From assembly GCA_038745945.1 (NCBI GenBank), contig JBCDLA010000003.1, positions 1 through 55,959 on the forward strand: DNA of 55,959 bases. The letters run 5' to 3'. Both the position numbers and the translations under genes were made by a program. The notes beneath the pieces are model-generated. The model saw only the letters and a program-made list of their open reading frames with translations, made no database searches and had not been told where the DNA came from. Shown here in pieces: positions 40,016 through 47,637 of this stretch (position 1 is the stretch's first letter; each line of letters opens with the position of its first letter). The stretch comes from Cyanobacteria bacterium P01_H01_bin.74 (GTDB lineage Bacteria > Cyanobacteriota > Vampirovibrionia > Vampirovibrionales > Vampirovibrionaceae).

Positions 40016-40051
40016 CCCAAGATGGATGAATAGGACCCAAGATGAATAGGA
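40016..40051. repeat. Direct repeat CCCAAGATG(GAT)GAATAGGA x2, upstream of the paralog B/A operon
   Basis: Copies at 40016-40035 and 40036-40051. Adjacent 8-bp inverted repeat TTGGGCAC (39976-39983) / GTGCCCAA (40013-40020) encloses a minus-strand TATAAT (40005-40010). Confidence 0.7.
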
Positions 40052-40082
40052 ATTACTAAATAGGTTAGTTTTCATCAGTGGT

Positions 40083-40487
40083 TTATCCCATTAATTTAAA
40101 TGTATCTAAAGAGTCTTTCTGGAATTTTTGTGATGTTTGTTGTCTTTCTTTTGCAATCGACAACTGATCTTCCAACCGTTTAATTTCCTGATCAAACCAC
40201 AGTTCTCTTACCTGGAGTGCTTTTATGCGGGCTTGGATTGCCGCTGAAGCTTGTGGATTGCTACTTAGCTTTTCAGCAGAAGAAGCCAGTCTGCTTGCCA
40301 ATGAGCTGAGCTGGGCTTTTCCCCATTGAAGGTTCTGAACTTGGTACTCTAACTCACTGATTTGCCCAACCAGCATTTGAGATATAAAGGCACTTGCAGC
40401 ATGACTCATGGAAAGAAATCCACCCAGGAAATTGATAACTGCTTTATAAACACCCCACAACCGATTTTGTTGCCAGTGTTTTATCAA
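40083..40487 (-). CDS. Hypothetical small coiled-coil protein
   Basis: The ORF uses a TTG start (40487). The alternative ATG at 40409 would give 108 aa. The sequence is almost entirely heptad-like helix (ISELEYQVQNLQWGKAQLSSLASRL...IKRLEDQLSIAKERQ). Confidence 0.45.
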   Translation of the reverse strand: MIKHWQQNRLWGVYKAVINFLGGFLSMSHAASAFISQMLVGQISELEYQVQNLQWGKAQLSSLASRLASSAEKLSSNPQASAAIQARIKALQVRELWFDQEIKRLEDQLSIAKERQQTSQKFQKDSLDTFKLMG

Positions 40488-40879
40488 TCCGATTGATATC
40501 GCCGCTTATTTACCCCATCAACTGGGAACTTTGGGCAAGAAAAAGTCGTCATTATTTTTTAAATACTATAAGTATCAATTTGCAAACCAAAGCAACAAAT
40601 TGATGAATACTGTTGCTTTCCAGCCGGGCAACTTACAGACAGTTGAATGAATAAATAGCTTCGTTGTTCTTTTGACGAAGACTGAAATCACCGAAATCAG
40701 CAAAATTTACAATCTTTTACAATCAGTTAGTCTGTGAACTTTCTATGAACCTCAAAACTCAAAGCAGTGAACCGGCTACAAGTTGAATCCGGCAGACCCA
40801 TTAAATTTTCATCTGAAATCTTGGATTCAGAAAAATTAAACAAAACTTGGAACACTCGCTATTAAGGAGGGCAATACCG

Positions 40880-41191
40880 ATGAAAAGACAATCAATTTTT
40901 GCACTCAGTGCGGCCCTGGCATTGATTTGTACAGTGGCTTCTGTTGTTGTCACAACGCAAGACGCTGAAGCACACAGTAATCAGCGGTTTGGCCACCTCA
41001 ACCACCAAAGGCCTTTTATTGTCACCCGAACAACAGTCAGACCTTTCAATAATCGTGTTTTTAGACCGCGTCATCGTGTATTTCGGCGTGTCAATAATCT
41101 CAGACGCTTTTGCAGGCCCCGTTTTGTGCGCAATCCTGTTATCAGAAGCAATCCCCGGGTCCGGGTTATTGGTGGGTATCGCTTTTTGTAA
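40880..41191 (+). CDS. Secreted arginine-rich small protein (103 aa precursor)
   Basis: Strong RBS AAGGAGG 9 nt upstream of the ATG at 40880. Sec-type signal peptide ending AEA. The 72-aa mature part has 19 Arg and no Asp or Glu (my count), with R-[PV]-F / R-x-R repeats. Confidence 0.65.
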   Translation: MKRQSIFALSAALALICTVASVVVTTQDAEAHSNQRFGHLNHQRPFIVTRTTVRPFNNRVFRPRHRVFRRVNNLRRFCRPRFVRNPVIRSNPRVRVIGGYRFL

Positions 41192-41280
41192 ACGCTCTGG
41201 ATGCTAACTCACAGCGCTGTTTTTGTTGTAGGATTAACCATTAACGTAAAAGCCAATTTGCCAATGAAGGAACCGCGACA

Positions 41281-41496
41281 ATGCAGCGCTGCACGGTTTG
41301 CAACGGAAGAACCATTATGGTTGGGGACCGCTACAAGTGTATGAAATCAGCTTGTGAGGGCAGTCAGCTGTCGGAGGAATCCACTGAAATGAAGTGCCGT
41401 TGCGGTGAAACGATGAGTTATCAAGGCGAAGATTCCTGGGGACAGCCCAATTACACGTGCATCTACTGTGGTGCTTCCAAGCGCATTGAACGTTAA
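41281..41496 (+). CDS. Small Cys-rich zinc-ribbon protein
   Basis: 71 aa. C5xxC8 ... C20/C25 and C39xC41 ... C60xxC63 suggest two zinc knuckles or ribbons. GAAGGA RBS. Confidence 0.55.
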   Translation: MQRCTVCNGRTIMVGDRYKCMKSACEGSQLSEESTEMKCRCGETMSYQGEDSWGQPNYTCIYCGASKRIER

Positions 41497-41575
41497 AAAT
41501 AAACGCTAAGAATTGAGCGCTAAAACTAAACACAAATAATTCGTAAAGTATTATCCGCCTGAATTCTTTAACCGA

Positions 41576-42049
41576 ATGCCTGAGACCATGAAAAAAAATA
41601 TTGCAAGCGTAAAAAAGACAAAAAAAACCACAAAAAATTTCGCAAAAATAATCCAGAAACAAATATCTGGCGTTCAGGTTCTTTCTGGTTTAATTGCAGT
41701 GTTTTCGGGAATGGTCTGCTTAAGTATTACAGGCTGTGCCAGCCAAAAACCCTATGTTGCCAAAGTGGCTGAAGACGGTGTGACACCGGTTAACATTACC
41801 GTCCATCACGGCTTTAAACCCAGTCAAATTATTGTGCCTGCCTCACACCCGGTTCGCGTGCGATTCACCCGAACAGAGCACGCTCAAAAAAGCTGCATGG
41901 ATGCTGTGATGATTCCTGATGAAGACATCACAGTAAACTTGCCGCCCCGAAAACCAAAAACCGTCCTGATTAAGAGCCATCCAAAAGGTGAAACCATTCA
42001 ATTTGCCTGTGGCATGGACATGGTGAAAGGCAGTATTACTTTTCGTTAG
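41576..42049 (+). CDS. Cupredoxin-like domain lipoprotein (EfeO/Cupredoxin_1-type)
   Basis: Lipobox-like LSITGC. The domain VNITVHHGFKPSQIIVPA..PVRVRFTR...SC...V..P......L.....K.......GE..FACGMDMVKGSI matches the cupredoxin-like family often found beside copper ATPases. Confidence 0.75.
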   Translation: MPETMKKNIASVKKTKKTTKNFAKIIQKQISGVQVLSGLIAVFSGMVCLSITGCASQKPYVAKVAEDGVTPVNITVHHGFKPSQIIVPASHPVRVRFTRTEHAQKSCMDAVMIPDEDITVNLPPRKPKTVLIKSHPKGETIQFACGMDMVKGSITFR

Positions 42050-42084
42050 AAGCGCATTTTATTCGATTAAAGGACCCCTATTCC

Positions 42085-43410
42085 ATGCAGACACTGAATC
42101 AAGACGCTGCACAAACGGCCGTTATTCAAAAAACACCGGTTTCACAGCAAGCATTTGAGAAAGCATGTACCTTAATGCCCGGCGGGGTCAACAGCCCTGT
42201 GCGTGCGTTTAAATCCGTGGGCGGGCAGCCTGTTTTTATAGAAAAGGCCAAAGGTCCTTACCTGTGGGACATTGATGGCAACCGCTACATTGACTATGTC
42301 AACACGTGGGGGCCAGCCATTCTGGGGCATGCCCACCCAGCGATTTTGGACCAAATTACAGCGGTTATGCAAAACGGCACCAGCTTTGGTGCACCCACGC
42401 TGCTGGAAAATGAGATGGCTGAAAAAGTGATTCAGTGTGTGCCTTCGGTTGAAAAAGTGCGTTTTGTCAGCTCGGGTACAGAGGCTGTCATGAGCGCTAT
42501 TCGGTTGGCCAGGGCTTACACTAAACGATCAAAAATCATCAAGTTTGAAGGCTGTTACCACGGCCATGCCGATTATTTGCTAGTCAAAGCCGGCAGTGGG
42601 GCTGCAACATTGGGCACACCAGATAGTGCAGGCGTTCCGGCTCAAGTTGCAGCAGATACCTTGAATGCTGAATTCAATAATGCAGACTCTGTCAAGTTCA
42701 TTCTGGAAAACAACCCCGATGCGGTAGCAGGCATTTTGGTTGAGCCGATTGCCGGCAATATGGGCTGTGTCCCCCCCAAAGATGGATTTTTAGAACAGCT
42801 GCGTCAGCTGGCAGACCAACACGGTACCTGCCTTATTTTTGATGAGGTCATGACTGGCTTTCGGGTGGCATTGGGTGGCGCGCAAGCCCGGTATGGCATT
42901 ATTCCAGACATTACCTGCCTGGGTAAAATTTTGGGTGGGGGGCTTCCTGCCGCGGCCTATGGTGGCAAGGCTGAAATAATGGGCTGTGTTGCCCCGGATG
43001 GTCCGATGTATCAGGCCGGGACGTTATCCGGCAATCCGTTGGCCATGGCCGCAGGGCTTGAAACCTTAAAACAGCTTGAAAAGCCTGGCGTTTACGAGAC
43101 ACTCGAAACAGTCAGTACCCAACTGGCTGACGGCATGCTTGCTCAGGCAAAAAAATATGGAATTGATTGTGTCGGGCATCAAGTGGGTGCGATGTTGACC
43201 CTGTTTTTTACAAAAGGCCCGGTAAGCAGTTATCAGGATGTTTGCAGGTTTAACCAGAAGCAATTCAATGCCTTTTTCTGGGGATTGATGCAACACGGGG
43301 TTTATACTGGGCCATCGCAGTTTGAGGCCAGTTTTTTATCACTTGCCCACACCGAACAAATTATTGAAAATACATTGGCTGTAACAGAACAAGTATTTGC
43401 TCAGATTTAA
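42085..43410 (+). CDS. hemL: Glutamate-1-semialdehyde 2,1-aminomutase
   Basis: MPGGVNSPVRAF..VGG.P, DYV.TWGP.ILGHAHP, FDEVMTGFR and GK..GGGLP (PLP lysine) are all canonical. Confidence 0.95.
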   Translation: MQTLNQDAAQTAVIQKTPVSQQAFEKACTLMPGGVNSPVRAFKSVGGQPVFIEKAKGPYLWDIDGNRYIDYVNTWGPAILGHAHPAILDQITAVMQNGTSFGAPTLLENEMAEKVIQCVPSVEKVRFVSSGTEAVMSAIRLARAYTKRSKIIKFEGCYHGHADYLLVKAGSGAATLGTPDSAGVPAQVAADTLNAEFNNADSVKFILENNPDAVAGILVEPIAGNMGCVPPKDGFLEQLRQLADQHGTCLIFDEVMTGFRVALGGAQARYGIIPDITCLGKILGGGLPAAAYGGKAEIMGCVAPDGPMYQAGTLSGNPLAMAAGLETLKQLEKPGVYETLETVSTQLADGMLAQAKKYGIDCVGHQVGAMLTLFFTKGPVSSYQDVCRFNQKQFNAFFWGLMQHGVYTGPSQFEASFLSLAHTEQIIENTLAVTEQVFAQI

Positions 43411-43597
43411 GAACTTTTTGGATGAGACTGTTGTACAAATAGTTTAAAAAGAATATTTAGTTATTTTTATTCAATGATTTACTAACAACAAATGCATTGC
43501 TTTTGTTTGATTGATTTAGTCCAAATAGCAAATTAAAACATTATGAAAACAAAGCCATAATTTTTTGACAACAATTAAGGGATAGATTGTTCAAAGT

Positions 43598-44437
43598 CTA
43601 AATTTTTTTGGCAATTATTTCTTTAGCTGGTTGCCTATCACCGTTACACGCAATGCGTCTTGGGGCATCAAGTAAAATCACATGAAATCCCAGATCCTGA
43701 TAAAGTTCAAGAATACGGGGTGTTGCCTGATTGCTTGCAACAACACTACAAGGCTGTTTACTGAGCCACTGTGCCAAACGGATCTGGTCGGCCCAAGTAA
43801 AACCCTCTTTTGCGTAGGTAACAAAATTAACATCATATGGCGGATCTGCGTATATTAAGTCGGTGACATTAAGCTGCAAGTCAGAGAAATCCCCACTGGT
43901 AAATTGCCAGTTTTGAAACCAATGGACAAAGTGCTCCCAATCATCACCCGTTTTATAGTGGATGGTTTTGTATTGCCCAAAAGGTACATTGTAAAAGCCT
44001 CGTTGATTAAACCGACATAGCCCATTATATCCTGTACGATTTAGGTAGTAAAACAACCAGGCTGCTTCCGGGGTATTCTGTTTTCCGTCAGCAATCAGTT
44101 GGTTAAACAGTACCCGGTTCTGATAATAAACAGCGGATTTATTTTCTAATACCGGTGGTTTTGTCTTTATCAGCGTCTTGTCTTGCAAGCACCGGTAGAA
44201 ATTAATCAGGTGTGGATTGACATCATTTAAGACCGCTTTTTTTGGGTTGAGACCCAGTGCGATTGCCAGGCCACCGCAAAAAGGTTCAACGAGCCTGGCT
44301 GTTATTTTGGCTGTTTTAGTATGATGGTATAAATGACTTTGCCAGATGCTATTAAGTTCTGAAACGAGCCAGCGTTTCCCCCCAGCCCATTTCAAGGGTG
44401 GTGTGGCTTGTTTATCTTCAAATAAACTTTTTAACAT
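43598..44437 (-). CDS. dam: DNA adenine methyltransferase (D12 class, Dam-like), apparently orphan
   Basis: PLKWAGGKRWL, EPFCGG (AdoMet motif I), LNDVNPHLINFY and catalytic ADPPY. No endonuclease-like ORF is adjacent. AT-rich spacers flank it. Confidence 0.8.
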   Translation of the reverse strand: MLKSLFEDKQATPPLKWAGGKRWLVSELNSIWQSHLYHHTKTAKITARLVEPFCGGLAIALGLNPKKAVLNDVNPHLINFYRCLQDKTLIKTKPPVLENKSAVYYQNRVLFNQLIADGKQNTPEAAWLFYYLNRTGYNGLCRFNQRGFYNVPFGQYKTIHYKTGDDWEHFVHWFQNWQFTSGDFSDLQLNVTDLIYADPPYDVNFVTYAKEGFTWADQIRLAQWLSKQPCSVVASNQATPRILELYQDLGFHVILLDAPRRIACNGDRQPAKEIIAKKI

Positions 44438-44759
44438 ATGGCTACAAAAAGCTCAGTCCAATTGAATAAAAATTCTATTTTACAAACCCTAATTTCCCGG
44501 GATATGTTAACACTTTATTTATTCAATAATTCATGTGCTAATTTAACAACAACAAAATCTTAGACTTTTGATAAGATTTTTTTCCTTTCCGCTTTTTGTG
44601 TCAAGGTAGGGCTTTCTCTAAAAACAGACTTTCTTTTTTGCAGTATACTGAAAAACGTCTTAATTAGGAACAATTCAATGATACAGTATTTCTAACAACC
44701 CCGTTACCCGATAAAAAACCCATTCACTAAATATTGTAAGTGTTTAAGGAAATCGCCTG

Positions 44760-46214
44760 ATGATGGCAAGTTCACCCACTAGTCTCGCGTATGAAACCGT
44801 GATTGGTCTTGAAGTACATGTGCAATTGAAAACCAATGCTAAGCTGTTTGATGCTAGCCCAAACACGTTTGGTGAAACCCCGAACAAAAACATCAATTCG
44901 CCTTGCCTGGGTTTGCCTGGTGCATTGCCAGTTCTCAATGAAAAAGCCATTGCATTTGCAATCAAGCTAGGCCTTGCCCTGAATTGCGAGATTGCCCCGG
45001 TTACCAAATTTGATCGCAAGCAGTATTTTTACCCGGACTTGCCCAAAGGCTATCAAATTTCTCAGTATGACAAGCCCATTTGCGCCAACGGCCATATGAC
45101 GCTGTTCAATGGTAGACGGGTCCGGATTTTAAGGGCACACCTGGAAGAAGATGCCGGAAAACTGGTCCATGCCGGTGCTGACGGACTGGATGGATCGACC
45201 CACAGCCTGGTGGATTTAAACCGTGCTGGGGCACCCTTGGTTGAAATTGTGACAGAACCTGACATTCGTAGTGCTGAAGAAGCCCGGGATTATATGCAGC
45301 AGATACGCAACATTGTCAGATACCTGGGGGTGTGCGACGGCAACCTTGAAGAAGGCTCTATGCGGTGTGACGCCAATGTAAGCATTCGCCCCGAGGGCAG
45401 CACCGTACTAGGCACCAAAACTGAAATTAAGAACATGAACAGTTTTCGCGCAGTGCAGCGCGCCATTGAATCAGAAGTGGCCCGGCAAACCGAACTGCTG
45501 CAACATGGAAAAACAATTGTGCAAGAATCCCGGTTGTGGAACGAGGCAACCCAGAGTACAAGGACCATGCGCAGCAAGGAAGAAGCCCATGATTACCGGT
45601 ATTTTCCTGATCCAGATCTGTTGCCCATTGCCATTTCCAGCGAAAAGGTTGCCAGTATTAAAGCGGAACTGCCAGAATTGCCTGCCGCGCGGTTGAACCG
45701 ATACACCACAACTTGTCAGCTGAGTGAGCAAGATGCATTGGTTTTGGTTGAATTTAAAGAAATGGGCGACTTTTTTGACGCGGTTTGCCTGCACTCAAAA
45801 AACTATAAAGCCGCCTCAAACTGGATTCAAGGGGATATTACCGGGTACTTAAACACCAAGAAACTCTCAATTGATGCCATGCAGCTCAGCCCGGAAGCAC
45901 TGGCTGAATTAATTCAACGGGTGGATACTGGGGAAATCAGCTCTGCCATGGCCAAAAAACTGTTGCCCCAACTGATTGAAAAGGGCGGAACCCCCAAAGC
46001 CCTGATTGAAGCTCAGGGTCTTAGTCAGTTAAACGATCCCGATGCCATAAAGGCGGTGATTGAAACGGTGCTGGCTGCAAATACCAAAAATCTTGAGAGT
46101 TACCGGGCCGGAAAAGACAAGTTGTTTGGCTTCTTTGTCGGACAAGTCATGAAAGAAACCAAGGGGGCTGCAAACCCTGAACTGGTCAATCGTTTACTAA
46201 AAGAAATGCTTTAA
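44760..46214 (+). CDS. gatB: Asp-tRNA(Asn)/Glu-tRNA(Gln) amidotransferase subunit B
   Basis: YETVIGLEVHVQL.T..KLF, DRKQYFYPDLPKGYQISQ, DLNRAGAPL.EIV.EPD and a C-terminal YqeY-like tail. Confidence 0.95.
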   Translation: MMASSPTSLAYETVIGLEVHVQLKTNAKLFDASPNTFGETPNKNINSPCLGLPGALPVLNEKAIAFAIKLGLALNCEIAPVTKFDRKQYFYPDLPKGYQISQYDKPICANGHMTLFNGRRVRILRAHLEEDAGKLVHAGADGLDGSTHSLVDLNRAGAPLVEIVTEPDIRSAEEARDYMQQIRNIVRYLGVCDGNLEEGSMRCDANVSIRPEGSTVLGTKTEIKNMNSFRAVQRAIESEVARQTELLQHGKTIVQESRLWNEATQSTRTMRSKEEAHDYRYFPDPDLLPIAISSEKVASIKAELPELPAARLNRYTTTCQLSEQDALVLVEFKEMGDFFDAVCLHSKNYKAASNWIQGDITGYLNTKKLSIDAMQLSPEALAELIQRVDTGEISSAMAKKLLPQLIEKGGTPKALIEAQGLSQLNDPDAIKAVIETVLAANTKNLESYRAGKDKLFGFFVGQVMKETKGAANPELVNRLLKEML

Positions 46215-46219
46215 CCCCC

Positions 46220-47593
46220 ATGCCACTGCCGTCCATTGCCACCGAAGACACCATTGCTGCCATTGCCACAGCCCGAGGCCAAGCCGCTGTTGCCATTATT
46301 CGCGTTTCGGGTGATGCCGCACTGGAAGTGGCTTACGCGATTTTTCAGAACAAGCAGAGCATGACCAAAACCCTGAAACCTGGCCGGTTTTATACCGGGT
46401 GGATTCATGATGAAAATAATACCCCGATTGATCACGTTTTGGTCCTGGTTTTTGCTTCACCAAAAAGCTATACGGGTGAAGATGTTATTGAAATCCACTG
46501 TCACGGCGGGGATGTGCTGGCCCAAAAAATTCTGGCGCGATGTATTGCCGTCGGGTGCCGATATGCTGAACCTGGTGAGTATACGCTCAGGGCCTTTTTA
46601 AACGGAAAAATGGATTTAACCCAAGCAGAATCCGTGATGGATTTAATTTCCTCGGGCAGCAGCCGTTTGTTGCGGCAGGCTTCTGATAATATCCAGAACC
46701 GCTCATTGGGGACTTATCTGGATACGATGGCCCATGGCTTAATGGCACTGCAAGCCCAAATGGTTGCAAGCATTGATTTCCCAGATGAGGTGGAAGAGCC
46801 CAAACGGGAGGTCATTGCGGTTCAGTTGGAAAACTGCCTCACGCAAATGGGTCATCTTCGGGAAAATGCCGAAAAAAGCCGGATTGTCCGGGAAGGTATC
46901 AAAGTGGCTATTCTGGGGATGCCCAATTCCGGGAAATCCTCGTTGTTTAACGCACTGCTAGCAACTGAGCGTTCGATTGTCACCCAGGAGGCAGGGACCA
47001 CCCGGGATGTTGTGAGCGAAGTGCTGGACATTGATGGCATTGCCGTGACCTTAATTGACACAGCAGGAATTCGAGAAACCCAGGAAAGCATTGAAATTAT
47101 GGGGATTGAGCGCAGCTGGAAAGCAGCCAGTGAAGCCCATATTGTTTTGTACCTGGTGGATGCCTCTGTCGGGGTTTTGCGTTACGATACCCAGATTTTG
47201 TCCAAACTCGATCCAGGGTCAACCATTGCTGTGGGCAATAAAAAAGATCTAATGCTTGATCACCAGAAAAAGTATGGCGGCTGGGTTTATTTGTCGGTCA
47301 AAACCCAGGAAGGCATTCCTGATCTTCTGAATGCACTGAAATCAAAGATCCAGACCCTTTCCCCGGAAGAATCAGGTGTCATTCTGGCCCTGAATGAGCG
47401 TCAAATTGCGTGCTGTATTGCTATGGAAGAAAAATTGCAGGAAGCCAAAGAAGCCCTTGATTCTGAGCTGCCCCTGGATTTGGTGACATTGCCCTTAACG
47501 CAATCCTTAAAAAAGCTGGATGAACTGCAAGGCCGGGATACCACGGAAGACGTGCTGGGTGAAGTGTTTGCCCGGTTCTGCGTCGGAAAATAA
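46220..47593 (+). CDS. mnmE: tRNA modification GTPase MnmE
   Basis: DTIAAIATA.G.AAV.IIR.SG, G1 GMPNSGKSS, DTAGIRE and the C-terminal FCVGK motif. Confidence 0.95.
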   Translation: MPLPSIATEDTIAAIATARGQAAVAIIRVSGDAALEVAYAIFQNKQSMTKTLKPGRFYTGWIHDENNTPIDHVLVLVFASPKSYTGEDVIEIHCHGGDVLAQKILARCIAVGCRYAEPGEYTLRAFLNGKMDLTQAESVMDLISSGSSRLLRQASDNIQNRSLGTYLDTMAHGLMALQAQMVASIDFPDEVEEPKREVIAVQLENCLTQMGHLRENAEKSRIVREGIKVAILGMPNSGKSSLFNALLATERSIVTQEAGTTRDVVSEVLDIDGIAVTLIDTAGIRETQESIEIMGIERSWKAASEAHIVLYLVDASVGVLRYDTQILSKLDPGSTIAVGNKKDLMLDHQKKYGGWVYLSVKTQEGIPDLLNALKSKIQTLSPEESGVILALNERQIACCIAMEEKLQEAKEALDSELPLDLVTLPLTQSLKKLDELQGRDTTEDVLGEVFARFCVGK

Positions 47594-47637
47594 TTTGGCC
47601 CCTCAAAAACCCAGAAAAATAATACTGCAAGACAGCA

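Noticed and set aside
44552-44590. Hairpin AAAATCTTA...TAAGATTTT followed by a T-run in the dam/gatB spacer
   Set aside because: The stem is entirely A/T. It sits in a divergent promoter region with no upstream gene to terminate on that strand.
43411-44759. Complete restriction-modification or other defence operon around the Dam-like gene
   Set aside because: No ORF of 60 aa or more exists in either flanking spacer, and the neighbours are hemL and gatB. Only an orphan methylase can be supported.
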